From NCBI RefSeq assembly GCF_036321535.1, contig NC_087472.1, positions 92,506,001 through 92,570,000 on the forward strand: a stretch of 64,000 nt of DNA, given 5' to 3'. The notes under the pieces were generated by a model. That model was not told the origin of the DNA. It searched no databases and saw only the letters and a list, made by a program, of their open reading frames with translations. The position numbers and the translations under genes are program-made. Shown here one piece after another: positions 1-12,520 of the stretch; within the stretch, counting starts at the first letter, position 1, and each line of letters starts with the position of its first letter. Source of the stretch: Camelus dromedarius (lineage: Eukaryota).

Positions 1-884
1 AATGGACAGAAAAATTTAATGTGGAGTCAGTTTAGCTCAAGTCATCTTGCATTAATGAAACAATCTCGGTCAAGAGTATCTCTTTAAAAGGAGAATGAGG
101 AACATTTTTTGTGCAAATAGAAAAGAGATGATCTTCACGAATGTAAAGCTACTAGGGTCTGGAAAGGGGAATAACAGTGAGATCACTGCATTGGGTACAC
201 CCTATTGATGGCTTTCAAGATTAAAAAAAAAACCCATGGAAAATAACTGAGGCTGGGGTGGGAAGCATCTAACAGCGTTATGGATGGATGGGTTCAAGGA
301 GTACTGGTCAGTACAAAGAAGCCAGGTAAGAATTTCCTGAAATCACATATCCACAACTGACAAGGTTGAACAGTTACAGAGATGGAAATAGTGATAACTG
401 AGCTGTTACAGAGAAATTGCAAAGAAAAAAGCTCCAAAACGTGACAACAAGACTATAGAGGTTAGAAAGGATGCAGGATCTCTCCAGAATTGCAAAGGAG
501 AAAGATTTGTACTTATCCTTTGCACATTTTAATTTCTGGCAACTCCTATGATTATCTGTAGCAGCAGAAACACCTCCGAGTATTTGCTAAGAGCAGTTTT
601 TCTCAGGGTCTGTTTTAGGGACAATTTTTTTTCCTGTCACCATGGCAACGCTGCCAAAATAAATTATCTGTGTAAAGTTTCATTTCTTACTTCAAACACT
701 TTAGTGGCAAAAGATTGGATAAAGGAAATCATTCATATTTAAATATATATGGATTTCATTTTATATAAAAAGGCTTGATGTGTTCTATTTAAAGGGTTAC
801 ATGTTGACTTTTTTCTCTGGTTCATTGAGTGACTGATTAATGAGTACTATACTGGGTCTTTTGGATCAGTTACCTTGAAGGCAT

Positions 885-1335
885 TCAGGACCCTCTTCTC
901 CACTGTTTCCCTTTATATAAGGGATAGGAAGCTAAAATATTTACCTTCCTAGACTTTCTTGCAGCTAAGGGTAGTGAGATACCCAGTTTCTTGCCAAGAA
1001 GATGCAAGCAGAAACCCTTTGATAGGAATACGAGGAAAGATTTTACCATAGATAGACTCAGGAAATATTCTGCACTCAGCCTTTTCATTTCTTCCTTTGC
1101 TCCTTTCCCTCCTACCTTTGTGGAATGTGAGCTCAATATCTGGCTTCCTGCAGCAATTCTGTGAACATGAGGATAAGACCCACAAACCAAAAAATGGTGG
1201 TATGGAAAGATGGAAGAAACTTGGATTCTTAGTGGCACATCAGTGCTCTGATGCGTGCTTCTGGATTTCTTTTCATATGAGAAAAATATATCTTTATACA
1301 TTTTCTGGAGCTTACAGCTGAACACATGAACCCAA
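885..1335 (+). mobile_element. Ancient ERVL/ERVL-MaLR solo LTR (LTR16/MLT1-type)
   Basis: Motifs ttcctagactttcttgcagctaagg...cccagtttcttgccaagaagatgcaagcagaa, gcagcaattctgtgaacatgaggataag and ggaaagatggaagaaacttggattc resemble LTR16/MLT1 consensus blocks; ends approximate. Confidence 0.65.
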
Positions 1336-1439
1336 GCTACCCATCATATGCGAGAACAGGTATATACAAGAATGTATATGATAAAATCTCTATTCTCAAG
1401 ACATGAATATTTAATAATATTAATAGAAACAAGTGCTTA

Positions 1440-1667
1440 ATTTTTGTATAGCAATGTGTGAAGCAATTCACGTAAATTATCCAACATAAACCTCAAATCA
1501 AAACTGTGAGATTGATGCTCTTTTACATTCTCATTTAAAAGATGAGATCATTGAAGTAGAGAAGGCTAATATGTATGAGGTCCCATATCTTATAAATGCT
1601 GTAACCCAGATGAGAACCTAGAGAGCTAAACTCCAGAACAAAGGGCCTAACTATCATGTTATACTGG
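1440..1667 (-). mobile_element. MIR SINE
   Basis: Degenerate reverse-strand MIR core ctcatttaaaagatgagatcattgaag...ccagatgagaacctagagagctaaactccaga. Confidence 0.6.
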
Positions 1668-1971
1668 TAGGAAGAAAAACTGATACACAAATAATTACAA
1701 AGGTATTTTAAAATATATAAATAAATAGTAATACATTAGTGAAATGTTTTGAGGATTTTAGAAGTTGTGGAGGGATTACATCTAATGTAAAAAGGCTAAA
1801 ATAAAGGAAGATTATTTATTCCACTATGATTACTGAAAGAATACCAACCTTTCTTTCTGAAAACATTACAGATGTCTAGAATTTGCTGCTACTATGCTAC
1901 AATGTTTTTTTAATTGCTAATCTGGTTATTAGTAATCAACTAATGAACCAAGTTGTGCATTATCCACTAAA

Positions 1972-2218
1972 GGAGGCAGTATAACAACAAGCTTACAACA
2001 AGATGTTCCAGCATCAGATGGACTTGAGTTTAAATCCCTGCTCTGCTACTGATAAGCCGATGAAACTTGGTTTCAGTTTCCTCTTCTGAAAATGAGAATT
2101 ATAATGTTGCTGTCTAGTAAACTTGTTGTAGGCGCTAAATAAGCTAACTTCCACAAAATGTTTTGCATACTGTTGTCAAATTATAAACTTTCCACAATGA
2201 CTACCTAAAATTATTATT
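1972..2218 (+). mobile_element. MIR SINE
   Basis: ggaggcagtata...catcagatggacttgagtttaaatccctgctctgctact...tttcagtttcctcttctgaaaatgagaattataat. Confidence 0.75.
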
Positions 2219-2595
2219 AATACTCAAATGTATTGTTTTATCACCCAAACATAAGCATAATAAAATTTATGACCTGCAGACTTTGCAGGATATAATAGAA
2301 GCCTCATTTTCACCTGTGCCCTTAGCTTGTATATATAGGACACATCTTAATATTTTCAGTACTCACTGATTAAAAATCTTCTTAGAATAACAGCTAATAT
2401 TATAATATTTTAAAGATTTAAGAATATTATTAAATACTTAAGAAGAATATACCTGTCATTACAAAACTTCCACTGTAAAAGAAAAAAAGACTAAATTTGT
2501 TTAGCCTTTCTTTCCCCTTTAAATTACAAATAACTAGCACTGTTTTGTAAACTCTTTCTGAATGGTATTTTACTATATAGAAATGTGTTCTAATA

Positions 2596-3250
2596 CACTG
2601 CTTCTCACACTTTCAAGTGCACTCCAATGACCTGGGGATCTTGTTGAATCCCAGATTCTGATTCAGGGTCTGGGGTGTGAATGAAAAATACTGCAAGCCA
2701 TATCAGTAAACAAAGAATGCTGAAACCATCAAGTCATCAGCAGCTGCCCCACCCCCCCAGGGAAGACAAGCCTGCAGCCCGGCCTCTGCAGCCACTCACA
2801 ATGGTGCACTCTGAGGGGACTCAGAATAAGAAAGGACAGGATAGTGGCCCTAGATAGCTAGGTGCTTGTCAAAGGAATGAATTCAGTGAGCCCGAATGTT
2901 TGCTTCCTCCCATACATAGAAAAGCACTAAATTCTTTAACTTGAGATGCCTGGTTTTCTTTAGTTAACAAGTAATCTTTTAAATGTTCCAACTACCTGGT
3001 CTTTGTGGTAAAACTCCTATATATCCTAGGTCTTCCCCTACCTCTTCAGAGCAGTCCTTCAGAGCGATCTGAGAGGCTGTCATCCTGGGCTGAGTCCTCA
3101 GAATTGTCCACCGAATAAATCATAACTCTCAACTTTTAGGTTGTGCATTTATTTCAGTTGACAGGGGAGAGGTCTGAGGTTTGGCATTTCTAACAAGTCT
3201 CCAGGTGATGTCCAAGTTGCTGGTCCACAGGTCATACTTTGAGTAGCAAG
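2596..3250. mobile_element. MER5A-type hAT-Charlie DNA transposon, split by an LTR (halves ~2596-2675 and ~3164-3250)
   Basis: Left half cttctcacactttcaagtgcactccaatgacctggggatcttgttgaatcccagattctgattcagggtctgggg continues after the LTR as ggtctgaggtttggcatttctaacaagtctccaggtgatg...catactttgagtagcaag. Confidence 0.8.
2676..3163 (+). mobile_element. ERV1-type solo LTR, copy 1 (488 bp)
   Basis: TG...CA ends (TGTGAATG...GTTGACA); 4-bp TSD GGGG at 2672-2675 and 3164-3167; TATA-like tatatat ~3018; AATAAA ~3114; homologous along its length to 4382-4880. Confidence 0.88.
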
Positions 3251-4381
3251 TTTCCAATAGGAAACATGGTAATGAAAGTTTTGAGTGCTAATACATTACA
3301 CTAGTTTAAAAGTGATGAATTCATACCAAAGGTAAATAGGATAACCAGGGAGAACACATGTTTAAACCACTTAAACTACAACAACACAAAAATGCAGGGG
3401 ACACAAGAGGGTAAGTGGAACATGGGAGACAGAGGAGAAAAGCAGGAAGCAGCAGAGAGGTAGTGGTGGTAGGGAATAGGGAAGCGTAGCTGGATTCAAA
3501 GGGTATACAGCAGTGGTTTATGAGAAAGAGAACAGAGAACATAGGGAAACAAAGAAGAGAAAGATTAAAGAATGGTAGACCTGACTTTAGCCACAGATGA
3601 TAAGCTCTTCATTAAGTACTAGTAGGATAATTGTGAAGTTTCATTTGATCTTTCAAGCTTTTCTAACAGACTATAATTAACCAGAAAATTGATGTCCTTT
3701 CTAGTAAATTGGATACAGTGGTTTCAACTTTCATTTAACAAACTTTTATAAATCTGTACATAGTTATATCCCAGAGCAAGAACATATCAACTCTGTCCAC
3801 GATCAAAAGAAGAGTTTAGAAGGCAGCAAGGTCATTTAACTCTTGGCCATTCATCTCTAGCAGGTTCACTGTGCCTATGATCAGGTTTGAGATGGTTTAA
3901 GGACATAATTAAGTCCATCACATCTGATCAGTTCAAAGGCAATTTCATGCAAGAGATGGTATATAATCAGTAGAAACTTTAAAAAATAATGAAAACGGTG
4001 GAAAAAATTGCTATATATCTAGTCTTTTGATGAAAGTACATTTGCTGACACTTCTTCCACAAGTCATTAGTTGAACACCCATTCAATTTGTACAACACTG
4101 ATGTAAGAGATGAGATGAAGGCTGTGTGTCTGTGTGTGTGTTAAGATGTACAATAATTGCTGGAATCAGCTTCTGAGTGTTGTGGAATAGGCTGCTTAAC
4201 TCCAATCAAGTGATTTTCAATGTAGATGAAAAATTTCCGGAATAAAATACTCAACAAAATATAGACAAGCAAGGAAGAAATGGACATGGCTACTCTTAAC
4301 CACTGGAATGACCAAATCATATTCCTATTTGATAGAAATACATAAAAAGCTGAAAACTAAACTCCTTAGACACCTTGGAAG

Positions 4382-4880
4382 TGTGAACGAAAAATACTGC
4401 TAAACCGTATGAGTAAACAAATAATGCTGAAACCATCAAGTCATCAGTGGCTACTGCCACCCCCCAGTGAAGACAAGCCTGCAGCCTGTCCTCTGCAGCA
4501 ACTCACAATGGTGCACTCTGAGGGGACTCAGAACAAGAAAGGACAAGATACTGGCCCTAGATAGCTAGGTGCTTGTCAAAGGAATGAATTTAATGAGCTC
4601 AAATGTTTGCTTCCTCCCATACATAGAAAAGCACTAAATTCTTTAACTTCTTGAGATGCCTGGTTTTCTTTGGTTAACAAGTAATCTTTAAATGTTCCAA
4701 CTACCTGGTCTTTGTTGTAAAACTCCTACATATCCTAGCTCCTCCCCTACCCCTTCCGAGCAGTCCCTCAGAGCGATCTGAGAGTGTCATCCTGGGCTCA
4801 AACGGTTCGAGATCTCAGAAATGTCCGCCAAATAAAACATAATTCTAAATTTTTAGGCTGTGCATTTATTTCAGTTGACA
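4382..4880 (+). mobile_element. ERV1-type solo LTR, copy 2 (499 bp)
   Basis: TGTGAACG...GTTGACA ends; 4-bp TSD GAAG at 4378-4381 and 4881-4884; AATAAA ~4831; same family as 2676-3163. Confidence 0.88.
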
Positions 4881-6439
4881 GAAGCATGAACAAATAGTCT
4901 TAATAGTAGATTTTTTTCCTCTTGGAAAAACTTCAGTACTTGCTCTGCACTTTTGGCAAAGAGACTTTGTCTTATGTGTGTAGTTAAGGCATTCAAATGT
5001 GTCTACATTTACTAGAACATAAAAACGAGGACTACCTTTTTGGTTCTAAGAATCCATCTAATATTTCTATGGGTTTATGATACGTTATGAAAGAACAGTC
5101 AGAGTGTATATGAAAACAACAAAAGCAAGAACACCACAAACTGGCAGGCAAGGCAGCATTCCCTGGTTGATTTTCTGTTCCTCTTTTGTTTCCCATGACA
5201 CACTTAGGGTAATTAGTGAAAGTGAAAGAATAGTCAAAGTGTGGGTGTTCCAATATCTTCTCGGTTTCAGGCAGAAGTTATAAAGTATATTACTGACACT
5301 CAAATTGAAGAAATTAATGTATCAAAGTTACACTTAAAGATGAGCTTATTGACTAATTTATAGCTTAAATAAGTTGTTTCATGTTTATGCGGCACTGATC
5401 CCCCACGACGTGGGAATCATGGCATGGAAGTGTATACCCTACCCATCCTTTCTTTCCTTTATTTTTCTTTTTCGCAGGGTAGAACCAATATTAGAGTTGA
5501 ATCTATCTTACCATGGTATACTTTTCTACATGGTCTCTGAATGATCACAAATAATTCTGAGGTGACCAAAGTACATGGCCATGAATTTAAATTACATCTA
5601 GAAGTATTGTACAAAACCAATTCTTTTGGAAGGGGGATCATTATTTTTTGAGAAAACTGTGAGCAATATACAATTTATTTATGTACATAAGATTAGGGTC
5701 ACCAAATAACAATGCTCTGCATGATTTCCACCCATGTTTTACTTGGGTAAACCTTGCCAGAATTCCATTCATTTAAAACATATGTATTTATGGAGCCTAC
5801 CAAGTACGAGGTATTATGATATAATGTGGGTTGGGACCGGGTCAGTCAGGAAGTTCTCAACCATGAAACATCAGGACTCTCTTGTGGACTATGGTTGAGG
5901 TGGGGCTTGAACATGTGCTGTCTTTAAAATGCTAAACATTTCAGTGATTCATTTATTCATTCAGCTTTGAAAACCACTGAATTGCACAAATGCAAAACTA
6001 CTAAGATAGGGCCCCTGGATTTGCAAACACTACCATCAGGTGACTGATGTGGTAAGAATGGCCTTCCTTACTTTGACTCCAGCTGTTAACAAGAGCAGCC
6101 TAGCAAGAAAGGTAAAACCAGCACCCTTCTAAAATTTAGGAGATGAGAAAAGATAAACAAGTCGGTGAGGAAAAAGAAATAAAAGAAAACATTAACAACC
6201 TCTCCATGGAAAACAGCATATCATGTTGTTGAAATATATGATATCCATACCTTCTGGGGAAGGAAAAATACTTTGTCTATACTAAATATTAAAAACATAA
6301 TAATATAAATGAAAAGAAATAAGGATTTTAAGAGCAATGAATATGAAATTCTCAACTAAGATGAAAGAAATTGCTCCCTTAAAGCAAAAATCATAAAAAA
6401 AGAAATGCAGTTCTCACTTAACCAGAATTAAAAATCAAT

Positions 6440-6580
6440 GCAAAAGAAAAAAGATACACACAAAAATCTTAAAAGTGGTTATTTCTAGGCAGTGAGATCA
6501 ATAGCTATTTATTTTATCTTAGGTGTATTTTCTAAAATTTTAAAACAAATAAATAGGCATTTCTTTTAAGTAGAATTTTT
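6440..6580 (+). mobile_element. Old L1ME-type 3' end fragment
   Basis: gatacacacaaaaatcttaaaagtggttatttctaggcagtgagat...tattttctaaaattttt resembles an L1ME 3'UTR. Confidence 0.5.
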
Positions 6581-7244
6581 AAAAATCTAGAAATGTAAAA
6601 GAAAACCAAAGTGTCAACTAAAACACAACTAAGAAAGCACCCAAGTAACCATAATGCCAGGCTGAACTGATAGGCATTCACAGTAATTTTCATAAATGCA
6701 TTATGTATTTTAACATTTTTAGACAACTCATTTCTATCATACTTTTAAATGGTCATATGTACTCAAAAATATATAAAACAGCTATATTTATAAGAAATTC
6801 AAACATTCCCCAAAAGACTTATAAATTTACAACTAGTTTTACTGGTCAATGCCCCTGAAGTGGGTAAGTGTACTCATGGTACAAGAAATCATTTTCAAAG
6901 TTACCTGGACTAAAGTGTACGTGCTTAGGCTGTGAGAGTGTGGTGAAAGGGAAGACTGGGCCAGGTGGAATAGACATCAAGCAAGATTTAGAGAAAGACT
7001 CATTATTTCTTTCCCTGGCTACTCATAATCACGCACATCCTTGATCAGACTCTGCCACTGTGTTTCCTTAGAAGGGCTGGGCAGATACTTGGGAATGATT
7101 CCTCAGGACTGGGCTAGCCTGCATTCTGGTTCTGGGGGAGAACCCAAAGGCCAAGCCTGAAGCCAGAGACCAGGTCCTTTGGGCATTAAGGCAGAGCTTT
7201 ATAGCATGCAATATCTTGTCATTGCCCGCCAAGGCAGGGAGTTT

Positions 7245-7405
7245 AACTAACAGACTTTAGTTAAATCACTTCATCTGTCTGACCCTCAGTTTCTCAGCTA
7301 CAGAATGGAAATAATGAGAGTATCCACATAGGAAGGCTGTAGTGAGGTCAAATGAAATAACTAATATGACACATTCAGCATAGTGCCCAACATATAATAA
7401 ATGTT
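7245..7405 (+). mobile_element. MIR SINE
   Basis: aatcacttcatctgtctgaccctcagtttctcagctacagaatggaaataatg...gcatagtgcccaacatataataaatg. Confidence 0.75.
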
Positions 7406-10400
7406 CCCTTCTATAAGGTGATTATTCTGCATTATCCCAGCCAGCACTCTGAGAACACTTCCTAACATTCATATCTTCAATCCACCAACAATTATTAATA
7501 GCCAAAGTTACCTGATTGACCTGGTTATGGAATCATCTGAAGACTTTACTGAAAATATTCTGTATAGTATGAAGAGACGATTAAATAGTTTGACATAATT
7601 TTTGTAAGTATTTTGTAATGAGAGCACTGAATAGTTAATCCACATTATTTCCAAAGAAAAGCAGATGCTCTTCAAATGGCTTCTTAATGCAAAAGCTTGA
7701 CTCAAAGGTTGGCTGAACCAAAGTCACAACATGTTTAGGATTGATCTCAGTGTCCAACGCTATCAGAAAGACTAGTTAAATGATGTCTACACTTCTCTAG
7801 AATTTACATATGCAAGCTGTGATTCTCACTACTAGTTAACATTAGAACTAAAAAAAAAAAAAAGGAAACTCCTGGTTTATGCCAACAACCTTATTTAATC
7901 GTGAATTAAACTAAATATGCCATTATTGCTGGCTGAGGAAAAAATTCTTTAATTTTTCTTCCTGAAAAGGTTAATTCATTTTTGGTAAATCAAATATAAC
8001 TAATAATGGTTCACTTATTATACTAATTAACACAATGATATTATGATTTTCCTCATTTTTAAAAGTGATAACCTACTATTTATGGAAATTCTAGTTTTTC
8101 ATTTATGGAAGTATTATAAACTTTCAAAATATATTTTAGTAAAAAGTGAGAGTCAATTTAAGGTAAAATATTAAGTATATAAAGCACAAGTTGTAAACAA
8201 CATGGACAGCATAGACAGCTGGGATTTAGAGCACTCAACTTTGGGAAATAATGTGCTATTTTGTCTTTTTACTCAGACAGAGGAAACAATATACTAGGTT
8301 CTTATTTTATAACTCAATTCTTCTTTCAAATGAGTCACAGTATTCAAATAAACGTGTTTGTTTGAATAGAGTCTTATTAGTGTAAATGTTTTAAATGAGA
8401 AAGACTTATAGTCTTTACTACCCTCAAGTAAACACTTATATTGCATAGCAATAACTGTAATTTGAAAATCAATTAGCCAAATTACTAATCAGTAGGAGTC
8501 AGTTGAAGTGCCACCTCAAACCCCAAAGAATTAAAGCAAGTGATCAAATTGATGAAAATGAGGGGAAAGGGATTATTTGAATAAAAATGTTACTTTTTTA
8601 GCACAGATTTTTCTATCCGCGATGATTGCTCAAGACCTCTATTATGCATATACAACTATCAACATAAAATTAAATATAAGAATTCCTTGCACTAATTATT
8701 TTGTTAAATATATTTCAGCCATCATTAAGAAAACTAGGAAAAACATATCCTAATTTACTGCATGTCAAGATCCTCATTCTTTTGTACTTTCTCAATATTA
8801 TTCAAGAACAAACACCACTGAGAATTAATACTTCACTAACTTCTAGCTCCATTTTAGGTGGATAATTTTTATATCTTCAGTGTTTTTAGGTTAATGCACT
8901 TCTGAGCTCCTTAATATTAATATTATTTGAAATAATATGCATACTCCCTGTATATTTTTGAATAACATATAAATATCAGGCATGTGTTTTTTATAATCTA
9001 GATGCTATCTTTCCAAATGATCACATATTTTTACAACTGATTTTATAGGACATATCTTTTAATGAACTTTGAAGGCAAACTAGAAACTAAAACAACCACA
9101 ATCAAATGTTACATTCTTTCCTCAAAGCAATCAAAATTTCTCTTTCACGCCCTGGGTTATAATACATATGGATGTAGACTGATCCAGTTCAGGTGAGAGA
9201 AGGCCCTGTCCTATACGCTTTCCCTATTCTAAGTCCACCTAGGAATCACAATAACTACTGGAATTAGGAGTGGGAGACTAAGATGTAAGTACATACCGAA
9301 AAAAGAGAGTACTATCTGTCCTGATAAAACGAGTGCTCGTGTATGACATCTGCTAGTCCACAGGTAGACAAAACTCAGCTAACTGTAAAACTATGATGAT
9401 AAGAAATGCTCACATAAAGGAGAAGGTTGTTGATCTGTGTGTGAGCATAGTCATATGTATTGTTTATGTGTCTGCAGTATACGCATCACATATAGTTTTG
9501 CATTCAAGAGCAAAGCACATGAGAAATAGCATCTGTTCTTTAATGAGCTTCTATTCACATGTTCCAAACTGCTCAACTCTCCCCTTTTCAGACATTCAGG
9601 CTGTGGTCAGTGCCATTCCTTGGAAGCCGATAGATGGCATTGTTGTATCAGGCAGCTCTGCCCTGCTTTCAAAACACAGGATTTTCCAGCATTATCCAGA
9701 TCTTTGTGAATTTCCCCAACATCTTTATATAAATCATTTGAAATCCGTATAGAGAACGTTCTCAGCTTCTATGGTTTTGACTTGCTTTTCCAGTAAAAGT
9801 GGAGAGGATTAGGTTATTTCCTTCCTGAGTTATGTAAAAGTCACAGGATCAAGTCTTTCCACCTTCAACATATTCTAATTTTCCACCTTATTCTTTTCAT
9901 TTTATTTAAACCCTAAGCACAATCTTTGTGTTAGATGTAGAGGAAAGTTCTGCCATTCAACAGCCTGGTTTCTGACTGAGAGAACGGCAGCCAACTCTAT
10001 AATGCTGCAGGTCATTTAGACTTGGTGAAAAACCCATTTCTGTTGAACTAAATATAGTTATCTTTAATAGCAAATGTATGGTCAATGTTTTTGGTCATTT
10101 TTGCTTTAATGAAAGCAAAATGTCTTTTTTCCCTCCCTAGAGATGGAATCAGATGATATAAGTATATAAGTTTCAAAAGTCATCAAACTTTTAAAGGGTT
10201 GAATTCTCATTAATTAAATGGAAAAGTTTTCCTCTCAGTTTGAGCTTTATAAAAAGCATTTAAGGACTTCTCCTACTTGAATGGCTTTATTCCTATGAGC
10301 AGAATTTGGGGTGGGCAGTTTTCAGTAATCTAAGGTAGTGAGGGACAGGCAAAGAAAATATGAAGAAAATTTATGGATTAAAAAAAATGTGTTTAACAAA

Positions 10401-11027
10401 TCCCCCATCTCCTCTAAGATTTCAAATCAGCTTTAAGAAAATCATGTTTCAAACCATCCTGTTCCCTGATTAATAGGCACTATTACTGAACAATGAAAGA
10501 GCTTAAATCGATCTAGGGAAAAAACCAGAGAAATCAACAGCTTGAGATACGTACCCCACAATGTTATAGGATGTAGGAGAGTTGAGATCGCCTACAGGCC
10601 ACTTAATTACAGTTGTACTTTCATAGTGACTAGTCCTGTTGACACCTAGACTCAAAACTTAAGCCATACAAAGGCTTCCATCTCCCAGGGATGCAAAAGA
10701 TCTCAGAAAACAAAGCCACACCATTTGTTTTCAGCATGCTAAACTGAATCGTGGGGGTTTCCCCTCATTTTTCAGCACAGCCATGAAGAAACCAGAGGAA
10801 AAGATTTCAAATTTAAATTAAAATATGATTTCAAGTGATCCAAGTTTTACTATAAACCCAGCAGTATTTTGTTTCTACCTCTTCCTAAGGTTCCCCTCTT
10901 TACTGCTCCCTCCCCAGGCAGAAGAACCTGAAAAAATAACCAGTTAAAGCAAAATGATCCAAATAAGAACATTAATAAAATGCAGGTACATTTCCAGGAC
11001 AAAAGGCATCAATATCAATTTGCTTAC

Positions 11028-11110
11028 AGGTAAGACCGGTCTCATTTTCTCCAGGGTACAAACATTTTTCCCTGACAACTGGTGAACAGTGAAGCATGAC
11101 ACACTGAAGT
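11028..11110 (-). other. Candidate 83-nt internal exon of an unidentified minus-strand gene
   Basis: Minus strand reads gtgttattctctacag|ACTTCAGTG...CTTACCT|gtaagc; two of three frames are open; the peptide is not recognised. Confidence 0.3.
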
Positions 11111-12089
11111 CTGTAGAGAATAACACTAGCAACTAAAATTTTCAGGGCCACAGACAAAGATTACAATGCAGGCTATCGTATTTCTTCATAAGGATATTCT
11201 ATAACCCTTTGCTGCATTAAATATAACTGGGGATTTATTTTGATTTCACTTGGAAAGCACTATGTGTTAAGTTGGCAGTTATTTAAGATCTGCTTATTTT
11301 GAAGACAACTATTAGAATTTTCTACAATAGCCTAGTATTTTCTTAAGGTAAACATGCAATGAAAATTGCTTAGATGTCAACATTTACCTCCCAGCCACCA
11401 TGTAATACACCCCAAGCTAGACCTGTATAGTGAAAGCAAAGAAACAACTGAACATTAACTATATGATTTAAAATAAAAAAACAAATTTTTTCTGGAGTCA
11501 TCTTAAATTGTCTGATTTTTTCTAGAAAATTGTCACTGCCTTTTGATAAACACTGGTTAACACAGTAAGACCAATGTATTTTGAACAAACTATAGAAATA
11601 GTAGGTACAAAAAACAGAAATAGTAGGTACAGAGTGCTGAAAAGCAGACATAATGTTCATTCACTTTAATAGTTTTATGGAAGACACAAGTGAGGAGAAA
11701 GTGCTATGAAGACTTTCTGAACCTAAAAATAACATCATCTGATATAACTGGTCAATTTATAATGTGAGATATTATATGCTAGAAGGGAACAGTTACGGAA
11801 ACATTTTGACGTTTTCTTAAATTTTCTCTAGATATATCAGTTTTGTTGTTCAATTACTTGTTATTCATCAACATACAGAGAAAATAAGCTCAACAGGACA
11901 AGAGAATGTGATATTCATTCCTACTTTTTTACAGCCACAAACCTTGTCTTTATTACTGTCAATTTACAATGTAATCTGTTTTGATGTTTCTAGTTAGCTT
12001 AGATAAAATGGCATCCAGTGTAATATCATAGAAATCATTTCAATGATGGCATTACTTTATATTAATAGTTTTACTCTAGACTTCTTGAG

Positions 12090-12520
12090 GCAGAGCACAC
12101 ATTTCGAGGTCAACTACTTTTGCCTGGCAATTCAGGAAGCTGATTCCACTCTTCTAACTATTTTTGAGGTATCCATTACACTATTTAGGTAGTACTCTTT
12201 ATGAATAGAGATCATTTATTAAATTAAAATCTACCTCCCAGAGCTGCAACACTTTCCAAGTCAGAATGAGCTTTCAAACTAGCTAAACACTAGATTTTCA
12301 TTGCTGATCTTCTGAGCATTTCAAAACAGCTATCATATTTCCCATAGATTTTCCTTCTTTCCCAACTTAATTAAGTATTCCTCCCTTGGCATGGTGGAGA
12401 CATTCTTCACCATACATCGCTCTATCCAGGATATGTTGTATCTTGTCAGTATGTTTTTAACATTTCAAATCGTTTATGTTGTAAATTAGCATCTGGTGCC
12501 AAAACAATCAAGCTATGACT
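12090..12520 (-). mobile_element. L3/CR1 LINE fragment
   Basis: catttcaaaacagctatcatatttcccatagattttccttctttccc...ttcttcaccatacatcgctctatccaggatatgttgtatcttgtcagtatg resembles the reverse-strand L3 3' region. Confidence 0.55.

Noticed and set aside
885..1325. 146-aa minus ORF, the longest in the track
   Set aside because: It lies within an old LTR, has no recognisable domain and is consistent with a chance ORF
2676..4880. A single internally deleted provirus (LTR-internal-LTR)
   Set aside because: Each LTR has its own distinct TSD, the spacer begins with the remainder of a MER5A, and no primer-binding site or gag/pol sequence is evident
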